Below the pieces are notes generated by a model. It worked only from the letters and a program-made list of their open reading frames with translations. It searched no databases and was not told where the DNA came from. From assembly GCA_963665095.1 (NCBI GenBank), contig OY762069.1, positions 2,496,001-2,560,000 of the forward strand: a stretch of 64,000 bases of DNA. Direction: 5' to 3'. The translations under genes and the position numbers were made by a program. Shown here piece by piece: positions 52,569-62,166 of the stretch (positions are counted from its first letter, which is position 1; each line of letters starts with the position of its first letter). Origin of the DNA: an uncultured Desulfobacter sp. GTDB taxonomy: Bacteria > Desulfobacterota > Desulfobacteria > Desulfobacterales > Desulfobacteraceae.

Positions 52569-53909
52569 CTAATACCCCATCAGGCTTGGCAGCCACAGGG
52601 AGATCCGGGGGATAAAGGCAATAATAAACACCGCAATTACAGCCACAATGGAAAAGGGAATGGCCTTAAGAGAGATCTCCTCTATGGTCACCTTGGCAAT
52701 GCCCGATGCAATGAAGAGATTTTCTCCCAAGGGCGGGGTCTGAAAGCCGATCTCACAGCAGCAGACCAGCACAATGCCGAAATGAACCGGGTCAATGCCT
52801 AAGTTGAACATCACAGGCAGAAGCACCGGTGTCAGGATCATGATGGTGGCCAGAGTCTCCATGAACATGCCCACAAAAAGCAGGAAAAAAATGATCATGG
52901 TCCAGATCAGAAAGGGATTGCGGGTAAATTCCAGCATGGCTTCGGCCACAATGGCGGGAATGCGGTTCTCCACTAAAAGACGGCCAAAAACCGTGGCGGT
53001 AAAAAGGATGAGAAGCACCCGGCCCGTAAGCCACGTACAGGTTTCAAGGGCCTTCATCACCTGCTTGACCTTCATCTCCTTGTGGATGAAAAATCCCACA
53101 AAAAGGGTGTAGAAGATGGCGATGATGGCCGATTCCGTGGGCGTGAAAAGGCCTGAATAGATGCCGCCTAAAATCACCACCGGGGCCAGGATCGCCCAGA
53201 AGCCGTCCTTAAAGGCTTTGCCCATGGCGGAAAAAGACCAGTTGTCCGTCAGCCCCTTGTATCCGTATTTTTTGCAGAGCAGGTAGTTCATGAGCATCAG
53301 ACTGATGGAGATCACCAGCCCCGGGAAAAAGCCCGCCACAAAGAGTTTGGGAATGGAGGTGGACTGAAAGGCGCCGAATTTTGCCACAGCCTCGGCCGGG
53401 GGCTGGATGCCCATGCTGGAGATCCCGTAAATTACCATGGGAATGGAAGGGGGAATCACCACGCCAAGGCCGCCCGAAGAGGCGGTGATGGCCGAAGCAT
53501 ATCCCTTGTCATAGCCGCGCTTCATCATGGCAGGGATCATGAGCATGCCCACAGCGGCTGTGGTGGCAGGCCCGGAGCCGGAGATGGCCCCGAAAAACAT
53601 GCAGGCAAGCACCGTGGCACACGAAATGCCGCCGGTCATGGGCCCTGCAAAGGATTCAGCCAGATTGACCAGGCGCCGGGAGACACCGGCCGCCTCCATC
53701 AAAGCCCCTGCCAGAATAAAGGCCGGCAGAGCCATTAACGGGAAAGAGCCCACCGAGGTAAAGGCAATCTGAACAAGTTTAATGGGGTTGTCATCCACCA
53801 CAAGGAAGGCCACCACGGCTGATACGCCAAGGGAGATGGATATGGGGGTGCCTAAAAGCAAGAGGGCGATAAAGGTGCCGAACAATATTAAAACGATCGT
53901 GGATTCCAC
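52569..53909 (-). CDS. dctM: TRAP transporter large permease
   Basis: FFGAISGSGPA, IPPSIPMVIYG, DPVHFG, TPPLG. Confidence 0.93.
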   Translation of the reverse strand: MESTIVLILFGTFIALLLLGTPISISLGVSAVVAFLVVDDNPIKLVQIAFTSVGSFPLMALPAFILAGALMEAAGVSRRLVNLAESFAGPMTGGISCATVLACMFFGAISGSGPATTAAVGMLMIPAMMKRGYDKGYASAITASSGGLGVVIPPSIPMVIYGISSMGIQPPAEAVAKFGAFQSTSIPKLFVAGFFPGLVISISLMLMNYLLCKKYGYKGLTDNWSFSAMGKAFKDGFWAILAPVVILGGIYSGLFTPTESAIIAIFYTLFVGFFIHKEMKVKQVMKALETCTWLTGRVLLILFTATVFGRLLVENRIPAIVAEAMLEFTRNPFLIWTMIIFFLLFVGMFMETLATIMILTPVLLPVMFNLGIDPVHFGIVLVCCCEIGFQTPPLGENLFIASGIAKVTIEEISLKAIPFSIVAVIAVFIIAFIPRISLWLPSLMGY

Positions 53910-53924
53910 AGCAGCAGGCCTCCT

Positions 53925-54446
53925 CTAGGTGGTTTCTTCAATGTCAACGGCGTCGGGATCTTTGATATCCACGCCCTTGATCAGTTTCAGGTAGTTGATC
54001 TGCAGCACCCGCAGGGTCATGAGCACAAACGAGATGGGCAGCACCATATAAAAATATTTCATGGGAATCCCCATGGTCTGGGATTTCCAGAAAAGGTTCA
54101 TCTTCACAAAGACAAACTTCCAGCTCAGATAGACAAAATAGCAGTTGAAAATCACCCAGATCAGGTCGGCCAGGGCCTCCAGGGCAATGCCCACTTTCTT
54201 GGGCAACAGTTTGAACTGAAAGGTGACCCGGTTGTGGGCCCCTAAACGGCAGGCAAAGCAGGCCCCGAAAAAGACAAACCAGACAAACAGGTAGGTGGCA
54301 AGTTCCTCCCCCCAGGAGATGGAGTAGGCAAAGAACTCTCTGAGCAGAATCTGAATAAACAAAAGGACCACGAAAAAGGCGAGCAGGGCCTGACACGCAT
54401 AATTTTCAAAATTATCGATCCACTTCAAAAGCAATTTTAGGTTCAT
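53925..54446 (-). CDS. dctQ: TRAP transporter small permease
   Basis: WGEELATYLFVWFVFFGA, four TM helices. Confidence 0.9.
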   Translation of the reverse strand: MNLKLLLKWIDNFENYACQALLAFFVVLLFIQILLREFFAYSISWGEELATYLFVWFVFFGACFACRLGAHNRVTFQFKLLPKKVGIALEALADLIWVIFNCYFVYLSWKFVFVKMNLFWKSQTMGIPMKYFYMVLPISFVLMTLRVLQINYLKLIKGVDIKDPDAVDIEETT

Positions 54447-54590
54447 GGGGCCTCTCTTTGGGTACAAAAAAACGGCATGCGGCAATGGTCTGCCTTTATG
54501 CCGTTTCTTGGGGTTGCCTTGCACCCCGGCAATGAAACGCCGGGGTGCAAGGTGATTACCAGGGATAAACTTTATGGGGTGCCACGGAAA

Positions 54591-55604
54591 TTACAGGGAG
54601 CGTCCCAGGCTTTTCAGGACTTTTTCCAGTTTTGCCTTGCCGCCGATGCTCTCATAGTATTTGGGCCATACCGCTTTGGTGGCCTTGTCCATCCACTCTT
54701 TTTCGCCGTCAGCCGGAGGGGTGATAACCATGCCCTTTTCCACCAGGACTTTTTTGATATTGGCTTCGGACTTTCTTAAGAACTCAGCACTGTGCAGGGT
54801 GGCTTTGTGGCCGGCAGAAAGGATGATCTTCTGCATTTCAGGGGTCTGTTTCTGGAACAATTCTTCGGAGATGATCAAGGGCTCCAGGGAGAAGATGTAC
54901 CGGATGGGGGTGATGTATTTCTGGATTTCATAAAATTTCATGGCATAGACGGTCATGTAGGGGTTGTCCTGACCATCCACCACTTTTTGCTGCAGTGCGG
55001 TAAAGGTCTCGGACCAGGCCATGGGCGTGGGGTTGATGCCCCAGGATTTGTAACAGTCGATCATGATGGCGTTTTTCGGTACACGAATGACCAGGCCTTT
55101 AAGGTCTTCCAGAGTTTTTACCGGGCGTTTGGAGTTGGTCAGAACACGGAAACCCGTATAGGTCCAGGCAATGATTCTGACACCGGCATCCCGGATGGTG
55201 TTTTCGGTCAGTTCTTTGCCCACCTCGCCCTGGGTCAGCTGAATGGCTTCGTCCAGGCTCTGGATCATATAAGGAAGGGAAAGCACACCCACCGTGGGGG
55301 AGAAAGGGGTGACATTATTAATGGCCAGAAGGGAGAAGTCCAGGGTTCCCATGGAGCAGTCATTTACTGTGTCCTGCTCGGAGCCGAGCTGGCCGTTGAG
55401 AAACAGGGAGGCTTTGTATTTTCCGCCGGTCTCTTTTTCAAGGACTTCGGCAAATTTAAGACCGGTCTGCTCCTGGGGGCTGCCGCCGGAGTCGCCCACA
55501 GCGATCTTCCAGGTTTTGGCAGAGGCCGGCAGGGTTAAGAAAACCACACATGAGAGGATCAGGGAAGCTGCAATACAGTTACGCCAAATACTTTTTTTCA
55601 TCAT
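54591..55604 (-). CDS. dctP: TRAP substrate-binding protein
   Basis: Signal peptide, GQLGSE, DLKGLVIRVP, ALQQKVVDGQDNP. Confidence 0.93.
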   Translation of the reverse strand: MMKKSIWRNCIAASLILSCVVFLTLPASAKTWKIAVGDSGGSPQEQTGLKFAEVLEKETGGKYKASLFLNGQLGSEQDTVNDCSMGTLDFSLLAINNVTPFSPTVGVLSLPYMIQSLDEAIQLTQGEVGKELTENTIRDAGVRIIAWTYTGFRVLTNSKRPVKTLEDLKGLVIRVPKNAIMIDCYKSWGINPTPMAWSETFTALQQKVVDGQDNPYMTVYAMKFYEIQKYITPIRYIFSLEPLIISEELFQKQTPEMQKIILSAGHKATLHSAEFLRKSEANIKKVLVEKGMVITPPADGEKEWMDKATKAVWPKYYESIGGKAKLEKVLKSLGRSL

Positions 55605-55710
55605 TTCTCCTTTAAAGTTTAAAACTAACATGTCCGCAAACGGTTTATCTGCAGACGCCAATTTGTTTTCGGCTGTTTTAGCCATTGCTTACAAGTCAAT
55701 GCCTGTTTCA

Positions 55711-55913
55711 GCAAATTGCATACCATCTTTGTGGCAACAGGTGTCATATCGCCCTGCCCGTAAGCGCCCAACCCATGGAAAACCAGTATAGACCCACAGG
55801 AAGAAAAACAGTTTATACAAAAAATATATTTCTAAAATATTTTATTACAAATTCGAATTATTTTTTCATGCAAATATGAATCAATCCAGCATGCCCTATG
55901 CAAATATGAATCA
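55711..55913 (-). promoter_or_regulatory. Sigma54 promoter plus duplicated UAS for the TRAP operon
   Basis: TGGTAT-gcaat-TTGC (minus strand, 55711-25); exact repeat ATGCAAATATGAATCA at 55868 and 55898. Confidence 0.75.
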
Positions 55914-56035
55914 CCCGGCCCAGACCACCTGCCAAGTTGACAAAAGGGATTCCCCTGGAATATAAGGGGGTTCACTTAAATTTGGAAGTAACCGCATGAT
56001 TCAACCACCTATACATATTAGAGACGCTGCCAGTT

Positions 56036-57430
56036 ATGTTTACAATTAAGCCGGGGATTGAAAAAAGCCTTAAACCCGAAGATTTTGAGCTGATTTTTGA
56101 TGCCCTTCTCACCCACTCCAAAGATGGTCTTTTCGTGGTGGATCATACGGGCAAAGTGGTCATGGTGAACCGGGCCACGGAAAAGATGTTTGATTTTAAA
56201 ATCAATGATGTCCTGGGTAGAAATGTGCAGGATCTGGTGAAAGAAGGCTTTTACGAGCCATCGGTCTCTTTGCGGGTATTGCGCCAGAAAACGGTGCTCT
56301 CCCTGATCCAGACCACCCGCCGGGGTAAAAAAATTCTCTCCACAGGGGTGCCTATTTTTGACCAGACGGGGGAGATCCGTTTTGTGCTGGTCAATGACAG
56401 GGATGTCTCCCATATCAACCGGTTGGCCCACAGCCTATATCCCGAAGAGTTGCCCGAAGCCTCCCTTCGCATGGCCTTTTCCGATATTGATCTGGCCTCC
56501 ACTGAAATTGAGAAAATGGTGGTGAAAAGTCCTGCCATGATCCGGGTGATTCAAACTGTGATTCAGGCGGCCAAGTTTGATGTGCCCATGATTCTTACCG
56601 GGGATTCAGGTGTGGGAAAATCCATGATCGCAAGACTGATCCACCAGCTCTCCAGAAGACGGGACTATCCGTTTATTGATCTGAACTGCGCGGCCATCAC
56701 TCCGTCATTGATTGAATCCGAACTTTTCGGTCATGAAAGCGGGGCCTTTACCGGGGCCTCTGCCTCGGGTAAAAAGGGGCTTTTTGAAACCGCCCACAAC
56801 GGCACCCTCTTTCTGGATGAGATCGGAGAGATTCCTTTAACCATCCAGGTCAAGCTGTTAAAATTTCTGGAAACCATGGAACTGATCCGGGTGGGTGGAA
56901 CGCTTCCCATAAAAATCAACACCCGGGTGATTGTGGCCACCAACCAGAATCTTGAACAGATGGTGGAACAAGGCACCTTTCGAAGGGATCTCTACTTCAG
57001 GCTCAATGTGGTGCCCATCACCATCCCGGCCTTAGCCGAACGGCCCGAGGACATTATTCCTCTGGCCCACTCTTTTATTGACCGGTTCAACCGGGAGTCC
57101 GGCACCCATAAAACGCTTTCACCGGCCGTCTGCCAGCTGCTCCAGCAGCACCCCTTTCCCGGCAATGTCCGGGAGCTGGAAAATCTCATCCGCCGTCTGG
57201 TGGCCATGACACCTAAAAATCTGATTGACCTAAGCGACCTGCCGCCCATGCCCCACACCAAACCTGCGGCCGGAAGCGCTGCCGGACCAGTGTTTCAGGA
57301 TGAAGTGGCCGCCTTTGAATATGACCGTCTTTCCCGGGCCGTCCTTCATTACGGAAGCCAGAGAAAAGCTGCCAAGGCATTGGGTATCAGCCAGTCCACC
57401 CTGTCCCGCAAATTAAAAAAACCGTTATAA
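56036..57430 (+). CDS. PAS-domain sigma54-dependent activator
   Basis: PAS, GDSGVGKS, GAFTGA, FPGNVREL, Fis-type HTH. Confidence 0.94.
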   Translation: MFTIKPGIEKSLKPEDFELIFDALLTHSKDGLFVVDHTGKVVMVNRATEKMFDFKINDVLGRNVQDLVKEGFYEPSVSLRVLRQKTVLSLIQTTRRGKKILSTGVPIFDQTGEIRFVLVNDRDVSHINRLAHSLYPEELPEASLRMAFSDIDLASTEIEKMVVKSPAMIRVIQTVIQAAKFDVPMILTGDSGVGKSMIARLIHQLSRRRDYPFIDLNCAAITPSLIESELFGHESGAFTGASASGKKGLFETAHNGTLFLDEIGEIPLTIQVKLLKFLETMELIRVGGTLPIKINTRVIVATNQNLEQMVEQGTFRRDLYFRLNVVPITIPALAERPEDIIPLAHSFIDRFNRESGTHKTLSPAVCQLLQQHPFPGNVRELENLIRRLVAMTPKNLIDLSDLPPMPHTKPAAGSAAGPVFQDEVAAFEYDRLSRAVLHYGSQRKAAKALGISQSTLSRKLKKPL

Positions 57431-57516
57431 CGGCCACGGGCCGTCCTTGGTCTTTGACCTTGGTTCGAACCACAACAAAGTAAGAAAGTATTTCAGTAGC
57501 TTATTTAGAAAAAATA

Positions 57517-58311
57517 TCACCCTATCGCCTGGACGCCTGCAAAGGGAACACACGAGAACCGCTTAAACACAAGCGGTGTTGAAGAACACGCGGCAACAGA
57601 TACGATTTTTGAAGGGTCAGGCCGCCATTGAAAAAACTGCCACCCGGATTGGGTTTGGCAGCTCCTTTTAAAAGAGATCTGAATATCCGACGGCTGAAAA
57701 TGAAAGGAAAAACTGTCCAGGGGAATGGCCAAGCCCTTCCCCACCGCTTTGATATACGCCTCTTTTAAGGTCCAGATATCAAAAAAGCGCTTTTTTTTCT
57801 CCTCTCCTTCAGCCGTTTCCACACCCCCTGCTTCAAAGGAAGAAAAAAACCGCCGGGCAATGGAAAAGTTCACCTTTCTGTGGATATCCTCCACATCCAC
57901 CCCGACTTCACAGCACCGGGATATGGCGCAGGCCACCATGCCGTGGCTGTGGGAGAGATTAAAACAAAGATCATCCGATATCGAACTTTTGAATTCAGGG
58001 GAGAGGCCGGGCTTGCCATGGGCATTGACTGAAAACCGGATTGATTCCGGGGATTGACCGGTCATTTCAGAGAGCAGAAACCGAATCAAGGCCCGGGAAA
58101 CCAGACTGAGCCGCTGATCGGACGCCTGGCGGTAACGGTCTGCCTTTGCCAGCTCCTCATCAGAAAGAAAGCCCCGGTATTTTGCCATGAGGTCTGCCAC
58201 CGGATCTGAATCAGCCCGGGTATAAAAAAGATGAACCTCGTCCGGTCCCGGGGGCAAAGGAGCTGCCATGGTCCTGTCTGAGTTACTATGTGCCGTCTGG
58301 ATCTTGCTCAT
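57517..58311 (-). CDS. 4'-phosphopantetheinyl transferase (Sfp type)
   Basis: GKP, FNLSHS, VGVDVE, WTLKEAYIKA. Confidence 0.92.
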   Translation of the reverse strand: MSKIQTAHSNSDRTMAAPLPPGPDEVHLFYTRADSDPVADLMAKYRGFLSDEELAKADRYRQASDQRLSLVSRALIRFLLSEMTGQSPESIRFSVNAHGKPGLSPEFKSSISDDLCFNLSHSHGMVACAISRCCEVGVDVEDIHRKVNFSIARRFFSSFEAGGVETAEGEEKKKRFFDIWTLKEAYIKAVGKGLAIPLDSFSFHFQPSDIQISFKRSCQTQSGWQFFQWRPDPSKIVSVAACSSTPLVFKRFSCVPFAGVQAIG

Positions 58312-58452
58312 GTCATGCCTCTCCCTTTTATCCGGGGATGATAGCACAACTGCCTGCCGGGGCCAAGCACAGGGGATGCCCCCTGGCAACCCTTTCCTAT
58401 CCAATTAAATTAGACGAGGTTTTAAATTCAACGCGGGCTTTAAATGATATCG

Positions 58453-60399
58453 CTAGTACTTAAACCTTCCCACAAGCGCCCCTAATTCTGAGGCCATCTG
58501 TTCTAACTGCCTTGCTTTGACAGCAACGTCATTGCTCTCTTCTGACATTTTGTCGGAGGTGGCGTTAAGGGATGCAATGTCGTTATTAATCTCCTCTATT
58601 CCGCTTACACCACTGGTCACATTCTGCGTTGCGTCCTCTATCCCGCGGGAGGTCTGGGAGACATTGGTGGAGATCTCAGATGTGGCAACAGACTGTTCCT
58701 GAATGGACTCTGCAATGGTTGAAATGATTTCATTGACATCTGTAATGACCCTGGAAATGGCCTCGATCTCATTGGCAGTGCCTGTGGTGGTATTCTGGAT
58801 ATCTGTAATTTTTTCCTTGATATCGTTGGTGGCTTTGGCCGTCTGAAGGGCCAGGTCCTTGATCTCCCCTGCCACCACGGCAAAGCCTTTGCCTGCATCG
58901 CCCGCCCTTGCGGCTTCAATGGTGGCGTTGAGAGCCAGAAGGTTCGTCTGCTCAGAGATGTCGGTGATGGCCTGGGTAAAGGCACCAATGGACTGGGCGG
59001 CCTTGCCTAACTCAGACACTTTGCTGGAGACAGTGGACGCCTGGTGAACCGCTTCACTGGAGATCTGTTTTGCCTTTTCTGAATTACCTGCGATCTCATT
59101 TATGGTTGCCGTCATCTGCTCGGTGGCAGCTGCCACCATGGTGGTGTTTTCCGATGTTTTTTCCATATTTCCGGTGATGGTCTGCATGCTGATGCTGACT
59201 TTCTCAGATGCCGTTGCCAGGGCCTGGGCCCGGTTGGACGACTCCCGGGCCTGGGTTGCAAGATCGCTGGAAATTGTTAAAAAGCCTGAAGACGCAGCGC
59301 CCACCTGATTTGCATCTTCAGCGATATTTTTGATGGTCTGTCTTAAACTCTCAAGAAAGGTATTAAACCATGAAGCCAGGTCTCCAAGCTCATCTTTGGA
59401 GGTTACCACAAGTTTTTTGGTCAGGTCCCCCTCAATGCTCTTAACCCCTGCCACCAGCCGGTGAATGGGCTTAATGACAAAAAAGGAGACAAGAATAATG
59501 ATGGCGATGCACAAAATAGTAGTAATAATAATACCAATAATGATCAGCATGTTACGTATCTTCAAGGCATCTTTAAACGCCTCTTTTTCCAGGACATTGG
59601 CAACCAGAATCCATTCGGTTTTCGGCACCTGTTTAAAGGCTGCAAGCTTTCTATCCCCTTTATATACATATGGCAGTATCCCATTTTTTTTGCTGATGAT
59701 TTCATTTCCAAAGCTAAGATCTCTGATATTAAGATCCATGATCAGTTTATTATCAGGATGAGCGATGATCAGGCCTTCCTGGTTGGTCATGAATACATAA
59801 CCGGTTTCGCCAACCTTAAGGCCGTTTAGCCAGTTATTGGTAAAAGAGTTCAAGTCAATAACGGCATAAAGGACACCGACTATACTATTTTGCTGTTTCA
59901 CCGGTGTTGCGATTACCAGAATCGGTTGTCCTGTGGTCTTGCTTACCAGGGGTTGCGAAATAAATGTCTCCCCCCTCATGGCAGCACTATGATATTGCCT
60001 GTCGCCCACATTCAGGCTGCCGATAAATTTGCTTTCACATGAGGCCTTTACCAGTCCTTTAGGATCGCTCAAACGGACACCGGAAAATATTTTGTTTTTA
60101 TCTACAAAATTTTTCAGCAGCCGGTTCACAGCCGTCTGGTGTTCCACAACGTCCGGCTCGGTCAGTGTGAGCGTCATGATGTCCAGTCCTGCCAGGGTTT
60201 CAACATCCAGTATGTTGCGGTTCAGCCACTCGGAAATCTGGGTTTCACCCGAATCCGCAGTGGCATGAAGACTTTGTAACGCATTCTTTTGAAGGATTTT
60301 TTTTGCGGTTAAATTGGCCATAAAAATAGCGGTGCCAAGGCCAAGAATAATACATCCGGCAAGGGGAAGCAGCAATTTTTGTGTTAATTTAAAATGCAT
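58453..60399 (-). CDS. Methyl-accepting chemotaxis protein (dCache-HAMP)
   Basis: Two TM helices, HAMP (DELGDLA), [17 protein letters not shown]. Confidence 0.95.
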   Translation of the reverse strand: MHFKLTQKLLLPLAGCIILGLGTAIFMANLTAKKILQKNALQSLHATADSGETQISEWLNRNILDVETLAGLDIMTLTLTEPDVVEHQTAVNRLLKNFVDKNKIFSGVRLSDPKGLVKASCESKFIGSLNVGDRQYHSAAMRGETFISQPLVSKTTGQPILVIATPVKQQNSIVGVLYAVIDLNSFTNNWLNGLKVGETGYVFMTNQEGLIIAHPDNKLIMDLNIRDLSFGNEIISKKNGILPYVYKGDRKLAAFKQVPKTEWILVANVLEKEAFKDALKIRNMLIIIGIIITTILCIAIIILVSFFVIKPIHRLVAGVKSIEGDLTKKLVVTSKDELGDLASWFNTFLESLRQTIKNIAEDANQVGAASSGFLTISSDLATQARESSNRAQALATASEKVSISMQTITGNMEKTSENTTMVAAATEQMTATINEIAGNSEKAKQISSEAVHQASTVSSKVSELGKAAQSIGAFTQAITDISEQTNLLALNATIEAARAGDAGKGFAVVAGEIKDLALQTAKATNDIKEKITDIQNTTTGTANEIEAISRVITDVNEIISTIAESIQEQSVATSEISTNVSQTSRGIEDATQNVTSGVSGIEEINNDIASLNATSDKMSEESNDVAVKARQLEQMASELGALVGRFKY

Positions 60400-60795
60400 T
60401 TTTCGTCCTTAACTAATTATTATGATTTTTGCTCGTGATATCCCAACCTGTCAGCCTGAAAGAATTAGGCATCTGTGCGTCTGTTCATTAAAAATCGGAT
60501 TTTCGTAACTTTTCGTTTTCGCTTTGCAATCAAATAAGACTGAACGGTTTTTAAAGGGAACGTAAGTTGATTTAGCCTTAAAAAAACTATTATAGCAACA
60601 CTTTTTTTACCCCGGAGCCATATAACATGCAACAAGAGTCAGACGCTTTGCAATAACGGCAGATCAAAAAGATCTGAGCTTAACTAAATTTTCCATGTGA
60701 TTCTCTGGCCAAAAGGCCCAGTGGGTTTACAAACCACTGCCCTGCCCTTATATTAACCCAGCATATAAATAATACCGTTATACAAGGAGCTTGAG

Positions 60796-61431
60796 GTGAA
60801 ACAGATCATCGTACTGGCCACGACCAACAAAAATAAAACAAAAGAGTTAAAGGAAATGCTTGAAGGCTTTCCCGTTGACATAAAAAATCTTTCCGACTTC
60901 GGCCCGATTCCGGAGGTGGTTGAAGATGGCGAAACCTTTGATGACAATGCCTATAAAAAGGCATCTTTCACGGCAAGAATGCTTGGATATCCGGCACTGG
61001 CAGATGATTCAGGGCTCTGTGTAGATGCGTTGAACGGGGCTCCGGGGGTTTACTCGGCCCGGTATGCCGGTGAACATGCCACAGACCAGGACAATGTGAA
61101 CAAGCTTTTGGACGCCTTGAAAAATGAAGAAAACCGCAAGGCGGCCTTTGAGTGCGTAATCTCCATTGCAGCGCCGACTGGGGCGGCCCTGACCTATGAA
61201 GGGCGGTGTGAAGGGGTTCTCACCCATGAACCTTGCGGAGAGAACGGGTTTGGATATGATCCGCTCTTTTTCTTCCCGGAATTCAACAAGACCTTTGCCC
61301 AGCTCTCCATGGATGAAAAGGCCAGGGTCAGCCACCGGGGCAAAGCTTTGCAGGAAGTGACCCAGGAGATGAATAAAATCCTTCAGTGGATTGAGATGCA
61401 GATGGAACGGTTTAACAATCAATCGGTCTGA
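60796..61431 (+). CDS. rdgB: XTP/dITP diphosphatase (HAM1 family)
   Basis: ATTNKNK, ADDSGL, PGVYSARYAG, GFGYDP, SHRGKA. Confidence 0.95.
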   Translation: MKQIIVLATTNKNKTKELKEMLEGFPVDIKNLSDFGPIPEVVEDGETFDDNAYKKASFTARMLGYPALADDSGLCVDALNGAPGVYSARYAGEHATDQDNVNKLLDALKNEENRKAAFECVISIAAPTGAALTYEGRCEGVLTHEPCGENGFGYDPLFFFPEFNKTFAQLSMDEKARVSHRGKALQEVTQEMNKILQWIEMQMERFNNQSV

Positions 61432-61555
61432 AATCAGGCGCCCCCTTAAGAATAATTGACCCCAATTTTTTATTTTATAGGGGGGATCGCGCATCTTAAT
61501 AAAGATGCATCACCAGACAAGTTTTTTCACAAATTTTTTTACGGAAAACGCCACA

Positions 61556-62149
61556 ATGGAAAATTTTAAAGATTTAGTAAAATCAAACCGTTCGTGCCGG
61601 CGGTTTGACAACTCGTTTTCATTGGATACCCGGACCCTGACGGGTCTTGTGGAACTGACCCGGTACACGGCTTCCGGCGCCAACAAACAGCCGTTGAAGT
61701 ACATTATTTCCAGTGATCGCGACACCAATGACAAAATATTCTCCTGCCTGACCTGGGCGGCCTATCTTAAAAACTGGAAAGGTCCTGAGCCCAAAGAGCA
61801 GCCCACCGGATACATTGTTATTTTAGGGGATACCTCCATCTCCGAAAACTTTTTCTGCGACCACGGCATTGTGGCCCAGACCATGCTGTTAGGTGCCCGG
61901 GCCCAGGGGCTTGCCGGCTGCATCTTTGCCGCCATCAACATCAAAAAGCTGAAAATCCTTTTAGATATTGACGACCACTTAGAGGTTAAGCTGGTAATCG
62001 CTTTGGGCAAGCCCGTGGAAGAGGCATGCATTGATGATCTGATTGATAATCTGGGGGACGGTGGTGATATCAAGTACTTCCGGGATGAAAACCAGGTGCA
62101 CCATGTGCCCAAACGCAAACTTGAGGATCTGATCCTCAAAACCTGGTAA
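61556..62149 (+). CDS. Nitroreductase family protein
   Basis: RSCRRF, ASGANKQP, DHGIVAQT, IALGKP, VPKR. Confidence 0.9.
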   Translation: MENFKDLVKSNRSCRRFDNSFSLDTRTLTGLVELTRYTASGANKQPLKYIISSDRDTNDKIFSCLTWAAYLKNWKGPEPKEQPTGYIVILGDTSISENFFCDHGIVAQTMLLGARAQGLAGCIFAAINIKKLKILLDIDDHLEVKLVIALGKPVEEACIDDLIDNLGDGGDIKYFRDENQVHHVPKRKLEDLILKTW

Positions 62150-62166
62150 ACAAAAAGGCCCTTTTT

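Noticed and set aside
55868..55913. 16-bp direct repeat as a possible mini-CRISPR or iteron
   Set aside because: Only two copies with a 14-bp spacer and no cas or rep gene; better explained as an activator UAS.
60400..60795. Possible c-di-GMP riboswitch upstream of the third MCP (GCAAAGC words)
   Set aside because: The GGCAAAC/GNRA P2 and P1 pairing of the GEMM motif could not be found; an Rfam scan would settle it.
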